This document shows, in pieces, positions 14,116 through 28,800 of a DNA stretch of 64,000 bases. A model generated the notes under the pieces. The model searched no databases. It was not told where the DNA came from and saw only the letters and a list, made by a program, of their open reading frames with translations. Position numbers and translations under genes: made by a program. This stretch comes from Basidiobolus meristosporus CBS 931.73. Taxonomy: Eukaryota; Fungi; Basidiobolomycota. The first letter of the stretch is position 1. The number at the start of each line of letters is the position of its first letter. Where the stretch lies: NCBI GenBank assembly GCA_002104905.1, contig MCFE01000043.1, positions 124,001 through 188,000 of the forward strand, in the 5' to 3' direction.

Positions 14116-14980
14116 TGTAGTGGGGTCACAATGACACTCACTGACAGATGTGCTCATTCCCATATTTTCTACTTCCCTATTTCTCTGCTATATATATTTT
14201 AGTTTTATCCCATTTGTCTTACTTGGTCAGTGCTATCCCATTAGCCAGCTGACTATCACACTTGCTTACTTTATTATATAAGCTATCCCTCACTTTATGT
14301 AAGATTACTAGCTGTAAGTGCTTCTATATTGGGCAAGTACCCATGCCAGTACCTGTGACACATGGTCAACCTGTGTCAACATACCAACCATTTCTATACC
14401 GTATATGGTATCCCTATGCTACAAAGGTCTCAGAGTACTGATTCCTGTTTGGTTGGATGTGCTGTGCCCCTTAGAACCTTCCAGCACCTACTTAGAATAC
14501 TCTTAGCTCATTCTGGATGTCATTAAGGTTTCTATTGATCTCTGGAACCTTCTGGAACACCATGATTGGTAATCACTAAGCCAGTGAGAAAAGTACATAA
14601 GGGAGGCAATCCCTTGACAATAAATCATCATCCTTTCTATCTATATTCCAATTTATTGATTAGTGTGATCACTGCTACCTGCTGCTACCTGAACTTCCAA
14701 TCCCAGACCACAGGACACTCCCATGAAACCATGCTGAAAGCCAACTGACCTTAGAGGCACTACTTGTGAGGGATACTCAGAGTAGTTGTTTTTTTTGTTT
14801 TTGCTTCTTTCCCAAGTTTTTTCTTGTAGAGGCAAAGATACTTTTCTGTCTTTGTAACTATTGACCACAGCTGCATTCTTATCAAGTCCCTGCTGGTGGA
14901 GTTTACAGCTGTTCTGACTTTGGAAGCTTTAGTACATTGTCATCTCAAAGGATGCTGAACCCAGCACATACTTTTGTTAA
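14116..14980 (+). repeat. LTR-like repeat family B, longest copy
   Basis: Similar to 3944-4172 and reverse-complement 23161-23720; no convincing TSD; ends approximate. Confidence 0.5.
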
Positions 14981-16198
14981 GATGCCAACTAAGCTAGGGA
15001 TTGTAGCTCAATAGTTTTCCCTTGACAAGCTTTTGGCTCTAGTCCCCATCACATTAGATTAGAGATAGAACCTAAGTATTCCTAGCAAGCTTTTGCCAGA
15101 GGTTATTGCACCCGGTGAACACCTCACCCACAAAATACTTGAGAAGTGTTGGATGTATCTCTGCCTTGGACCTACACACCACCACAGAGCAAACATATCC
15201 AATATATTTGATGGCAAACATTTCAAACATCTAGGATGCAAGGGCTATTTTGAAGGCATGTATGACCATGCCTTTGCCTTAGCACTTGATGGATTCTCAT
15301 TAAATAAGTACTCTACCAGCAAATCCTGCTGGCTGCTGATTCTCATCAATCTAAATCTGCTGCCCATCTGACAATATCTGAGCAAAGATCTGATAGTAGT
15401 ATCAACTGGTATCTGGGCCTAAATCACTGTCCAATCAGGATAGCTACTGTATGCTTTCCAGCAGGATAACAGTAAATGGCTGTCATGCAAAAGCACATAT
15501 TATTATCTGCATTGGAGATACCCCAGCCATCAGCAAGATTGCAGGTTCTTCTGGGCACAATGAATGGTATAGCTGTCAAATGTGTGAGATTCAGGGGATT
15601 TACTCCATAGTTCACACACATTATTAATACCCAACTACCAACACTAAGAACATCATCTTCCCACAGAGAGAATTTACAGAAGTCAGCATGTCATTGCAGC
15701 AAAGTTGGCAAGCATTAACCCATCAGCTGGAATATGGAATCAATTAGAAACCAGAGATACTTAAGATAGAGGGTATCTGTTGGAGCAAAAGCTTTCCACT
15801 GGGAGCAGTGCATTTGCTTATCAACAATATTCCTATACTGATGACAAAGTTGCACATGGGGCATTTCAAGCTAAATGAGCCCTTCAAAATACCAGGGAAA
15901 TTTGAAAAAATTAGAAAAGTATTATAGAGTATCCACTACCCTAAGCACTTTTCACAGGCTACAATTGGTATTCATACACATATGCAACAATATAAAGGTA
16001 AAGACTGGATTAACTAGATATGTATTTATTCAAGTGGTGTTCTGAAGCCATTACTACCAAGTGTACATTGAAACTATTGGGAGTCATATGTACACATTAA
16101 AAGAATATTAAATCCAGAAGCAGATCACAAATGCAACTTGATGCATCTGTTGTGCAACAACATTTAAAACTTAGCCTATTTTACTCCTTTAGAAAATA

Positions 16199-17280
16199 CA
16201 CTTGTTCTGTTGAATAGCACCACATTGAGCCAAGGCTGTCAAATAGTGCCATTGCATGCCAGAAAGGTATAGCAGATCTAAACCTGGCCACAGAGTGTGA
16301 AACATGACTCTTCATCTTCATGCAAAGCAGCCCCTGTGTTTCACCCATTGTACTGGAGAAAATCCACTTTTTGACCTTTTTTGGATCAACATTGTTCAGG
16401 ATGTGTGAGAGCACAGCAGGACTGAAGACATGCATCTGATACTCAATACTCATGGAACTCTGAATCTAGCTCCTGTGGCTTGTATCATGACACAAAAATG
16501 CATGGCACCATCTTGGTTCACTGGTACTATCTATTGTAAAAATTTGTATTTCCACCTAAATATTCACCTAACATAGTCACTTACATCATTACCTTCATAT
16601 CCTAGAAAATACTGATCAAGTTCCTTGTTGGGATTTACTTAGAATATTTTCACCAAAATACCAGGTACCCAGAACATCAAAATCCTCAAAGTTGTCCAAA
16701 CAGCCCCAAACTTTGCACACATGTTCTTGGGACCTTCCTTAACCTATTCTACATGTTTGTAATGCCAAGACCAGGTAAAAGTATAAATATTACTTCTACA
16801 TTGAATTAATCATTAAGTGAAAATCATATAATCTACTTGTTCTCCCAATCACTTCTAATATCTCCAAGACTCTACAACACTATCTGGCACTATAAGTGCT
16901 TTATATGGGTTTTACTGTAAGGCTAATATTTAAATATTGGGCCTGATAGTACCAGTGGACCAAGATAGTGCCATGCATTTTTGTGGCATGATACAAGCTA
17001 CAGGAGCTAGATTTGGAGCGCCATGAGTACTGAGTATAAGATGCATGTCTTCAATCTTTTTGTGCTCTTACACATCCTGCGCAACATTGATCCAAAATTA
17101 AAGGTCAAAAAATGGGTTTTCTGCAGCTCAATGGGTGAAACACAGGGGCTGCTTTGCATGAAGTTGCAGAGCTATATTTCACACTTTGTAGCTAAGTGTA
17201 GGCTCACTTGCCCTCCTTGGCACACTATGGCATCATTTGGCACTCATGGCTCAATGTGGCACTATCCAACAGAACAAGTC
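16199..17280. mobile_element. Foldback element, copy C, carrying a solo Copia LTR
   Basis: TA-CACTTGTTC...GAACAAGTC-TA. Confidence 0.87.
16532..16879 (+). repeat. Solo Copia LTR with 5-bp TSD CTATC
   Basis: Similar to LTR 25510-25858; CTATC at 16527-16531 and 16880-16884; empty site readable in copy B (~11420-11445). Confidence 0.92.
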
Positions 17281-19199
17281 TAATCTAGTACCCTAACTGG
17301 TTTTCCCTATTCTAAATATAATAATTCCAGTTATTGTCTATTTTATCACTTCTCAGAATGTATTTTTGGCAGTCACACCTGATCAATTTTCATGTGGTCA
17401 TTACATCCTCAACTAATCTACTAAGGTTTCCCAGTGATTGGTCATCTGAGATCTATCCAACCACTTAGCATTTGCCAAGGCATCAGCTGATTGATGATTC
17501 AATTTCTCATTTATCTTGTGCACTTATAAACACGCCAACAGATTTCAATTAGTCCAGTCTCTTGGCACTCACTAATTCAACTTGATCAGAAAAATATAAA
17601 TAAAGCTTACTGAGCCTTTTGGTTTTGTGTGTGTCTCAACAAAAATCAGATTGTGCCTTGGCAAAATTAAAAATTCAACAATTCTGCTCTAGTTTCTACC
17701 CATGCCTAGCATATCTAGCACTCCCAAGAACATCAAGCATAGCTTGCATAGCTTGCATAGCAAACCAACTCTGTTGCCTTTATAGCCAAACTCAGCTATA
17801 TACAAGACCAATATTTGACCAGAACTTCTCTGCTAATATAACTGTCACTCTTAACAATTCTAAGATTCTGCACTTAGCTGTCACTTAGGTTCAGTTAACT
17901 CATTCAAGAGTTTATTGCTCTTTTCTCTTAGACAAAACAGCATCCGCAGCTATTGTGCAAGGAGTTTCTAACAGGATTTGAGTGGCTATACTTCCAACAT
18001 AAGCTGAACATGCAGATCTCTGCTGCTACTGTGTCTATTTTTGACTCCATCTTGCTTAATGTGTGGAGAGCATTAGGCCTTGCTTCACCTTTTGGGAGTT
18101 TCCTATGGAGCAGATGTGTGGAGAGATAGGAAAACAAGTTAAGTTGCAGGCACTATCATATCCCAATCTCATCAATAATATTACCTTCAAGTCTGTCATG
18201 CATGTGATGAGTTGGCACATGGAGGACAGCCAGGAAGAGTTGCAAAATACTGAGAACAGATGTGCACATAGAGACACTTATGCCTCTGGTATTAAGAAGC
18301 TAAGCAGCCCCAATGCATTGGTAATCAGTCAAGTATTGTAAAGTTGGGTTGGGTGCAACAAGCAACTAATTTTTATTAACAAAACTCTACCAAGGTATGC
18401 TGGATTTCTCATGGTCACAAGCCAACTTCTACAACATTTAATACAGAATTCACACAAACAAGAGCCAGAGTGCACCTATAAGAGGGACTAGAATCCAGCA
18501 GGGAGAAGAGATATATTGGCTAAATACCACAAAGTTCTTTGTGGATATTCTGGAGGTATTCATGGCAGAAGTGGCTACAACCAAGCATATGTTTGCAATA
18601 TGTAAATGTTACTTGAAGTACCAGGTATATGGTAAGTTTGCAAGTATCAAACTAAAAAGCTGTAATGCTAAGATGATAGACATATGTTAATTGTGGCAGG
18701 TGTGCATGTTTGTGGAGGTTATTAAACAGGAGGCCACAGTTTCTTTTGACTTGAACTATATGTGGAATAACCAAGGTAGTAGTGGGTAAGCAAATAAAGA
18801 GGGGTGATTCTACAATGGAATATTTAAAATCCACCAGGGGAGGTAGAAATAGGAAATACCATTTGGTAATTTGGTACAGTAGCATTATACAGAACTAGCA
18901 ATAGGCCACCATACTGCTGTTATAATGCCATTAGAGACTTGCTGTGAGGCCATCAAAATACCTCAAGTTCCTTGCCATATAAGACAATTGGATGTCCTGG
19001 CCAGTTAGATCCATTTAAAATAGTTGTAGAGCACATCAAGACCACAACAATGCCATGCAATTATTGTCACAGCACCAATCAAACTGTCTCAAGTTTTATA
19101 ACTTTATTTGGCAGAAAATTTTGCAAAATGCTGTTGTGATCCTGTCATAAGATTGTCAAGGGGGTCACTAATACCAAGCTGCTGCTATTATGATGGTCT

Positions 19200-19905
19200 C
19201 CAAATGGGATCCTGATGGCTGATCCAGATTGGATTCAACTGCAGAACCAAATTTTTCTTCATAGGGTATCCTGTTGCTTCCTATAAGCTGTAATACATCC
19301 TGTTCTCTGACCATCCTGTTGTATATAAGCTAAGTCTGCCATATATTTCTCCACTCTACTGAACTTTGGATGATTCTTTACCCAGTGTACTTTGTCATGC
19401 CTACTCACTGCAAATGGCACACTGAACCAGGTGATGCAACCCTCCATGTCAGACAGTCCTTGATACTTTATGCAGCATGCCTTGAATTTGGCTTAATAGC
19501 AGTGTCTCTGCCCTCTAGAAGGTCTATTAAGCCTGACTAGAAAGGTACCCTAAATACTCCTGACATGGAACCTCTGGCTGACCACTGTGAGATATGGAAG
19601 TCTATTGGAGCATTTGAACCTAGTATTCTAAGCTTAGGCCATTCATACCCTCTGCCAGGCTGTTCTCCACTACTGTCAGCTTGGAATGAAAGCTTCTAGG
19701 GCATTTGTTTCCATTGATAGTGGGATGAAATATTGTGGGGCAATAGTTCTTGTAATAGCAGAGAAGCTTAACAAGGGTTATTCCTGAATAGATTGGGGTT
19801 GAAAGTCTACAGTTCTTGATAAAGATCTCCTCTAGTATGTTAAAAGGAAATCCAATGGTAGTGATGGAATTGATGAGAAAAAACCCTTTAGGAGAGTAAG
19901 TCAAT
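19200..19905 (-). pseudogene. Family E coding relic, copy 2
   Basis: ORFs 19259-19447 and 19620-19904 align with copy 1 at amino-acid level. Confidence 0.6.
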
Positions 19906-22149
19906 CTAAGATTGGTAGATGAATATATATATGTGATATGAATTGATTTGACACAATGAGCTTGATTTACCTGATTTTCCTTGCATTATGATTAAGTCTC
20001 CATCAATTGTCATTTATCCCATCATTAATTTGCAAAGATGCTCTGCAAACAATGAATAGGTGCTTTTACTGATGAATTACTCACATGTCTATATTCAAAC
20101 AGGCAATCTGCAACTGATGTGCTCTGATCCGTGTCAATGCAATCCAAGATGCATTGTGCATAATATATGGAAAATTTAACAATTACCTTAGTTTTCATAC
20201 ATATCTCATATAAGACCAGCTTGATGCCAATATACTCCAGTATTAGTATCCAAATCTGTCACTATGGTCCCTATACCAGGTCACAACTTATCTTTAGTAC
20301 AACCCAGACAATACCCATCCCCCAGCTCACTATTGTGGTGTGGACTAAAAAAGACAATGTTGGATCTGTTCAAGTGCTTGCTAAATGATTTAGTATAGCC
20401 CAAGTGTCTATGATGATCCTTCATACAGATATTTGGTCACTACTCATGAATCTATCAGAACTGCATATCTCTGAGAGTCACAGAGATGGAAGAATTCAAA
20501 TAGAAAGATGTGGTATGAGTTGTACATCAAAATGCCAGCAAATAAATGTCAGAAGATATTGGCAAGACAAGTATTGAAATCAAGAATGCACTGAGAGTAA
20601 AGGGACTTGGTGATAAAGCTGCATGCAAACATTCTTGCGCACAATCTGCAAAATATGGACTGGATACATCTGTTTGGCCTCAGCTTTGGGAATCAACAAG
20701 ATGCTGAATGCATTTATGCCTCAAATAACTAATGTACTGCATTATATATTAGTGGAGCTAAGTGGCTTCCAAGTGCAATAACCATTGGATTCATCAAGGC
20801 AACAGTTCCAAAGTATCAGAGAGAGGATAAGTGAATGCCTTGAGCAATAAGAAGGTGAGCTTCAAGAGAAAGAATGCAAACCAGAGGAAACTTCTCCACA
20901 TTGCAACAGCATGCCTTGCTGGATTCCTTAGCATCCCTTGCAATGCCAGCATACCAGCCTGTGTCAGTCCAATCTATGCCAACATGCTTTACAAGAGCAC
21001 CATTTACTGTGTTAATGTGCATGATTTAGAGCAAAACTACCATAACTTGCCATACTGCCCAATTAGACACAAGTTCATTGGAGTGGGCCAGTCATGTCAA
21101 CATATTGCATCACATGAAACTCAGCCAAGGGCCATGCCAGCTCATCAAGCTGCGCCTGCATGTGCTGATACACCTGACAATCAGCAAGTTACTTCTGGTG
21201 AACTGACTGACAATGACCCACTGGAAGTGCCATCACCACTGGAGCCTCTAATAAGTAAAAGAACATGTCAGCCCATGGCACTTTAGGCCAGTTCTGTAAC
21301 ATCATCTGGAGCAATTCTGCACAGCTAAGTCCTAGCACTAGACTCATCAACCAGGAGGCAAAATGCTGACTACAAGTACACAAGTAGCCAATGATGATAG
21401 TTAACAAGAAAGTAGTTTAGGTGTGCAAAGAGATTCACTACCAAATGCTTTGATTGTAATCTCTGTGAGAGAAAAACCTAGCAAAGATGATGCAATTGCA
21501 TTGAATTGCTATCATTTGTCATGATGCAAACAACGCATTTGTTTGCATTTCAAATTGAGACATTGCATGCCAGTGATCACTAAATCTTGATATGAATAAT
21601 GTTAAGGTGGTCTCACCTCTGAGACTGAACCCTTATAAACAAATGCCCAGCAAATGTATACACTGTCTGTGACACTAGTGCAGCTATATGATGCATTTTG
21701 CATTTGCTCAATTAATTGTGTACTAGCTGTGACACCTTGTCCAATCACCAAAGTCAGGGATCTACTTGCTCAGTGGGCAAAATGGGATATTTGATGGCAT
21801 ATCAGGTAGCTTGTTTATTGGTCAATGAACCAGTTGGGGGCTCACTGCTTCAGGAAACTCTTAAACCAATCAATCACTGATACTCCCCTCAATTGGGGCA
21901 TGGTAACCAAGATGGTAAGTACCAGTGTAGTTTACATTGGAATATGCATATGTTTCATAAGGTTCCCACAGTTGAGGGACAAGCAGAGACATCTGTTCTG
22001 TATTGCACACATTCAATCATAATGCATAGACAATCAGATAGGTTAAGCTGAATGCACCAATTTGACTCAACCCATTCTCACTCAATCACTTGCCAATCTT
22101 AATATGACTGGAACATCTGAATAGTCTTTTCTCACTAATCTTATTACTA

Positions 22150-22700
22150 CCACTGGAACTCCTTGTGACACATCTGAGGAGAACTATACCAAGTACTGTG
22201 GACCATCCACTACAATCTAGTGAAGGAGAACCTTCTTAAGCTTCACTGCTATTACAATAGCTGTTGGACTTCAAGGTTTCATTCATGGCTACAAAAGTCT
22301 TACAAGCTTTTATTCCCAGCTTACACAATGGAGAACCACCTTGAAGAGGGTATTAATGACTTAGAGTAAGCTTGGAATACTAGGCTCAGAAGCTCCAATA
22401 GACTTCCATATCCCAGGATGTTCAGTAGCAGGTTCCATATCCAGAATGTTTTGGATACCTTCCTGGGAGGGCTAAGAGACCTTCTAGAGGGCAGTGGTGC
22501 TTGTGTTCTGGCAAATACAAGGCACTATGCTTGTGGTTTCAAGCACTGTCCAACAGTAAGTGTAAATCATCTGGTGTAGTGGGCCATTTGCTGGAAGTAG
22601 GCATGACAATGTACTTGGGGTTGAAAATCATCCAGAGTTCAGTACAGGGGAAAAATGTATTGCAGACTTAGCTTATATAGGAGAAGATTGTCAGAGATCA
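22150..22700 (+). pseudogene. Family E coding relic, copy 3
   Basis: Manual translation ENHLEEGINDLE*AWNTRLRSSNRLPYPRMFS matches copy 1. Confidence 0.6.
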
Positions 22701-23160
22701 GGATGTATTGAAGTTTATAGGGAGCCAAGGAATAGTGTGCCTAGCAGGAAGCAGAAGCACTACAATGAGATGTATAATCATTGCAGAGTGAGGGTAGGCC
22801 ATACATTTGTATATCTGAAGAGATTCAGCATAAGTTATATAATTAAATCACCATCAGTTGCCATGTATCCCATCATTATATTGCAAAATCATTCCTTAAG
22901 CAATGATTTATTGATCTTGCTGACAAATCACTTTTAAGTCTTTAGTTAAATCAGAAATATGCAACTGATGTGATCTGATCTGTGTCAATGCAAGCCAAGA
23001 TGCATCATGCATAATATTTCAACAATTCAAAAATCATATTAGCTCTCAAATGTATATTTCATGTAGGTCCAGGCTGATGCCAATATAATACTGTATAGAT
23101 ATTCAAATCCATCACTAGAGTCACTATATCAAGTCTCAACTCATCTTTAGTACAACCCAG

Positions 23161-23720
23161 ACCAGCAGGAACTTGATGTGAATGCAGCTGTGGGCAAGGG
23201 TTACAAAGACAGAAAAGTATCTTTGCTTGTTCAAGAACAAGCTTGGGAAATAATTGTATATAATAAAAGATACATACTCTGTGTATTCCTCACAAGTAGC
23301 ACCTCCAAGATCAGTTGCCTGTCAGTGTGGCCTCCTGTAAGTGGCATCTGGTATGGGATTGGAAGTTCAGGTGGCAGCAGGTAGCCATGATCACACTAAT
23401 CAACAAGTTAGTATATTGATAAAATGGATGATGATTTATTGTTGAAGGACTGCAACAAGTTGGAATATTGATTTAAAGGGCCAATCATTAATTGGTGAGG
23501 GAGTGTCTCCTTTATATACTTTTCTCACTGAGTTGATGATTACTAAAAGTGAGGAATAAATTATGCATTAAAATAAGCAGTGGTGATAGTCAGCTAGCTT
23601 ATAGGATAGCACTGATCTAATAAGATATTTGGGATAAAACTAAATTATTGGTAGTAGAAAATATGGGAATGAGCACATATGCCAGTGGGTATCACTACAA
23701 CCCCACCACAGTGTGCTGTT
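23161..23720 (-). repeat. LTR-like family B, inverted partial copy
   Basis: Reverse-complement similarity to parts of 14116-14890. Confidence 0.5.
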
Positions 23721-24129
23721 ACATCTGACCATCAGCAAGTTAATTCTAGTGAATTTACTGATGAAGACCCACTAGAAATACCTAAACTACAGGAGCATTT
23801 AGCAAGTAAATAAATATCTCAGCTCACAGCACTCCAAGATGGTTCTGTAACCCCAACTGGTGCAACTCAGGGTGGCCAGCTACAGTACTGCACTCATCAA
23901 CCTGTACTCAAAACACTGACTACAAGTACGCTGGTAGTCAAGATGATGGTATACAAGGAAATTGTCTAGGTGTTCAAAGTAGATCACTACCAAATGCTTC
24001 AGTAGTAGTCCCTGTGAAAAAAATCCAGGAGAGGATGATGCCATTGAGTTGAATTGTTATGATTTGTTGCAATCCAAACAATTCAAGTTTTTTCTTAGCA
24101 GCCCAAATCAAACTGATGCAAACCAGTGA

Positions 24130-24315
24130 TTACAGGATTTTTAATATAAGTAACAATTTTGAGTACTTTGGTGCTCTGGGTACTGGGTATTTTGGTAAAA
24201 ACATGCCAAGTAAATCCCAACAAGGAATATGGTCAGTATTCTCTAGGACTTGTAGGTGATGTTCTAAGCAACCAGTTGGGTAGATATTCAGGTGGAATTA
24301 CAAATCTTTACAACA
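24130..24315 (-). repeat. Partial Copia LTR
   Basis: Ends ...TTTACAACA at 24315 (reverse complement of the LTR start). Confidence 0.7.
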
Positions 24316-24439
24316 AAGCTTATCTCACACTTGAGTCTGAACCCCTATAAATAAACACCCTGCATATATATGCATCATCTGTAACATCAGTCAGCTATAA
24401 GTATCAGTATATTTTGTAGTGTGATACACTTTTATAACC

Positions 24440-25380
24440 ATTGACATCAATGATGTCTAATCAAATACCAAATTGTACCTACCATAATAGTGGCATCCAA
24501 TTGTGCCTGCAATACAAACATTACAAGTTGGTCCAATTATCTCTGCCAACCTCATTGTGTCAAAATGTGCTATAGTGTTCAAGATTGTCCCACATAATGC
24601 CATATTGCCCAAGAGTGATCCTGCCTGCTGGTAGTTATATTATTGCACCCAATCATCCATAGAGCTCATGGATTGCGCTGTACACCCTGGCACAGTAGAA
24701 TGGAACAAGTTCAATACGTGGATGATCTTATTAGAAGCTACTAATAGCTCAAAAAAGCCCCAAAGTGACTAAATTCAGCCCATATGTGGAGTTCAATATG
24801 TCCAATCTGGGTGAGCCCTTTCACTGCTTGTGGATCAGGCTCTTCATAGGCAGATGTACTCCAATTGCTACCTTTACTCTGTCAAGGAATATTCAAGACA
24901 TACTGGCAAGTAGCAAATGGAAGACAGATAAACCAGCTGCCACCTCAATGAAGACACACCAAGATATGGTCAAACATCAGCCAAATCCATTGTCAGACTT
25001 TTGGAGATATAGTGATGAGGAGAGCATGTGGAATACATGGTTTTCACTTATTGATGTATTGGATGCAACATTAGAGTTTGTACTTTTAGATGGTCTTGGC
25101 AAATTAAACATATGGAATATGCTAGGAAGCTCCTAACAATGTGTGTGCACAATTTGGCGTTGTTTGGACAACTTTAGGAAATTTCATTTTCTTGATACCT
25201 GATATCTTGGTGAATATATTTTAGGTAAATCCTGGCAGGGTATTAGGTAAAGCTATCTATGATTTGTATGCTATGACATTGGTGACCAAGTTAGGTCAGT
25301 ATTCAGGTGTAATTATGAGATTTGCAAAAAAATCAAGAGTTGCTTGGTATCATTTGGATGCCCAGACCTCCCTTGTCAGT
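24440..25380 (+). repeat. ~1-kb direct repeat A (old Copia RT fragment plus inverted decayed LTR)
   Basis: Near-copy at ~32830-33780; EFNMSNLGE... resembles Copia RT EFKMSDLGE. Confidence 0.8.
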
Positions 25381-25509
25381 CTATGGTTGGCTGTTTGATG
25401 GGTATCATGCCAGAATTATGACCATATGCTCCATATTCAATGGAATACCCTAAGAGAAAAAAATCCAGAAAAGGCCAGTACAATACCGTCACATTACCAG
25501 CTGAATTCC

Positions 25510-25858
25510 TGTTGTAAAGATTTGTAATTCCACCTAAATATTCACCTAACTTAGTAACTTTAATTATTACCTTCAAATCCTAGAGAATACTGACCAAATT
25601 CCTTGTTGGGATTTACTTAAAATATTTTCACCAAAATACCAGATACCCTGAACATGAAAATTCTCTAAGTTGCCCAAACAGCCCCAAGCTTTCCATACAT
25701 GTTCTTGGGACCTTCCTTAGCCTATTCTATGTGCTAGCTATGCCAAGATCATGTAAAAGTATAAATAGTACTTTTACATTCAATAAATCATTAGGTGAGA
25801 ACCGCATAATCTACTTGTTGTCCCAATTGTTTCAAATATCTCCAAGACTCTTACAACA
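25510..25858 (+). repeat. Copia-1 5' LTR (349 bp)
   Basis: TGTTGTAA...TTACAACA inverted termini. Confidence 0.93.
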
Positions 25859-25872
25859 GGTTATAAGCCCTG
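25859..25872 (+). other. Copia primer-binding site (internal tRNA-iMet type)
   Basis: GGTTATAAGCCCTG matches 12/14 with GGTTATGAGCCCCG (59126-59139), the complement of the tRNA-iMet anticodon arm. Confidence 0.85.
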
Positions 25873-28800
25873 AGCTGTCACTCTCTGCAATGTTTACTAC
25901 TGCTATTACTAGAATTTTTCCCTCTGCTGAAAAGTTGGATGGATCCAACTACCAATTGTGGAAGGTGAAGATGAAGATGCTGCTACAAGAAAGAGGCATT
26001 TGGCATATTGTCATGGGAGAAGAATGCTCCCCTAAAAATGTGGGAGAGGAAGCCATGAAGTACCAGAAGAAAGAGCCAAGTGCCTTTAACTGCATTTGCC
26101 TAAATGCTAAAGACAAATTGCTCATGAGTAAAAACAGCAAAGAATGCCTGGAAGGCATTAGAAGACACCTACCAGTTGTGTTCAGCTGCTAAGAAAATGT
26201 ATCTTAGACAAAAATTCTTTACTATAAAGATGTAGCCAGGAGAAGAAATGAAAAATCTAATCAACAGAATTACCCTGCTGGTAGATGAAATGGAATCTGT
26301 AGGAGTACCAACTACTGCTGAGGGTGTGATAGTTACCATCTTGAATAGCCTGACAGACAGGTTTCAGGGCCTTGTATCAGCCCTAGAGTCCAGAACTGAA
26401 GATTTCACCTTAAATTGCATATATGGACAGCTCCAGGATGAAGAATTAAGAAAATCAAATGCCAATAAGAAGGAAGAAGAAAATGCCTTAATAAGCAAGG
26501 ATAACCAGCAAAGGAAGCACTCAAGACCCTACAAAGGCAATAGCAACCTGTTTTGCAACTACTGCAAAAGGAAAGGATACACATCTGACTGGTGTCTCAA
26601 AAAGAGAGATAATCAGCAAAAGCAGCATGAATATGGAAATGCTGCAACAACTGAAGATAGACTATTCATATCTGCACTAAATATGACCCCAAACAAGGAT
26701 TCTCAGATGTGGTACATTGACTCTGGAGCATCTCAACGCTTTGCACACCAAAAAGAATGATTTACTCAATATCCAGAAATTCCAATCAAGAAGGTTTCTA
26801 TAGGTGACAATAGAACACTTGATGCAGTGGGAGAAGGAACTATCCAAGTAAGCCTTAAAAGCAGTGAAGAATGCCATATACTGACTTTTAAAGAAGTACT
26901 CTATGTACCAGAAATGGCCAAGAACCTACTATCTGTAAGCAAGGCCACAGCAGAAGGACTCAGTTTCAGCTTTAACATTTCTGGTAGCAGGAACACTGAT
27001 CAAAATGGTGCTTATATTGCTTTGGGTATCAGAGATCAGAATCTGTATCAGTTGACTTCTATTCCATCATATCTGGAAGCTAATATAAGTAACTTAAATG
27101 AAGAAGCACCAATGCTTTGGCACAGAAGATTTGGACACACCAATTTTGATTCTTTGCACAAAATGATCAAAGATCTGCTAATTTCTGGAGTAAAAATTGA
27201 TCCCCTGGCTAATTTGGAGCACTGTGAAGCCTGCATATACAGGAAACAAGCCAAACAACTGTTCAAGAGCTCTGGTTTAATCAAAACTAAGGAAAAATTG
27301 GATTTAATTCATTCAGATCTGTATGAACCTATGCAAAATTCAACCTTAGTCATGATGAAGTATTTATTCACTATTATTGACTATTATATAAGATGCACAT
27401 GGGTCTACTTCATGGAGAGAAAGGAAGAAGCTCTGTCTAAGCTCAGGGAGTTTAAAGCCATGGTGGAGAGAGAAACTGATGAAAAAATCAAGAAAATATG
27501 CTCTGACAATGGTGGAGAATATACCTCAAAACTCTTCATCCACTTCTGCAAAATTCATGCAATAAAGCAAGAGACTACTGTACCATACTCCACACAGCAA
27601 AATGGAGTAGCAGAACAAGCTAACAGATCAATAATTGATATGGCAAGATCTATGATCCATGATCAAAAATTATCCTATGATTTTTGGGTGGAATCAGTTG
27701 CTACTGCTGTATACCTTAAAATAGGAGTTATAACAGAGTACTCTGTGATTCTACTCCATTTGGAGCATGGTATGGATACAGATCAAGTGCAGAACATCTA
27801 AGAATATTTGGGTGTACAGCATATGCCAAAAAACTGGCGGAAATCAGTCAAAATTTGAGCCAAAAAGTGTAAAATGCATATTTTTGGGCTACTGCAATGA
27901 GAATAAGGCATACAGACTCTACAATACCAAAGCAAAGAAGCTGATCAAGTCCAGGGATGTGTTGTTTGATGAAAATTCAAAATTTTCACAAAAAATGACA
28001 TTGGATGATGACAAAAATTTGATCTCAAGTCCAACAATTGTCAGGATTGAAGCAGAGCAAAACAATGAAAGTTTTTTTACTCCAGAGGACTCTACAACTG
28101 TGGTTCATCTAGAATCAGTGCCCAGCAATATCCCAGAAGTGATCATTCCAGTATCAAATGCCCGGAGATCCAATTGGTCAAGAAATAGCCCAAATTACTA
28201 TATAAATGAGGGTACAAACTTAGCCTATGCCTATTCAGTCCATATTGATGAATCCCAGACTGTAAAAGAGGCCCTAAATAGCCCTCAGACAAAGTTTTGG
28301 AGATCTGAAATGACTGAGGAATATCAGGCCCTGATGGAAAATCAAACTTGGGACTTGGCCAAATTACCAATCAACCAAAAATCAATTGGATGCAGATGGG
28401 TCTTCAAGACAAAATACAAGGCTGATGGTACAATTGAAAGATACAAAGCAAGACTTGTAGCCAAAGGATACTCTCAAATAAAAGGACTTGACTATACTGA
28501 GACCTTTGCACCAGTAGCCAAGTTTAATTCCATCAGATTAATATTGGCTATTGCAGCCAAATATAAGTTTTTTATTCATCAAATGGATGTAAAAACTGCA
28601 TTTTTGAATGGAGAACTTGATGAGGACGTGTATATGGACCAGCCTGATGGGCATGTTGACCAAGATAACCCCCATTTGGTCTGCAAGCTTAAGAAGTCAC
28701 TATATGGTCTCAAACAATCACCAAGAGCCTGGAATTGCAAGATAGATTCTTATTTGGAATCTTTGAGTTTCGTAAGGAGTAATGCTGACTATAGTATATA

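Larger units (their letters stand above)
15000..19000 (+). mobile_element. Degenerate CACTA/EnSpm-type transposase, interrupted by insertions at 16199-~17890
   Basis: NIFDGKHF...ALALDGFS...WLLILINLNLLP (15093-15371) and WEFPMEQMCG..VK...YPNL (18063-18341) resemble Transposase_21/TnpD-type motifs; second copy at 62422-63950. TIRs not found. Confidence 0.75.

Noticed and set aside
14111-14990. Family B copy as a TSD-flanked solo LTR
   Set aside because: Flanks (AGCAC, ATGCC) do not match and the termini are uncertain; kept only as LTR-like.
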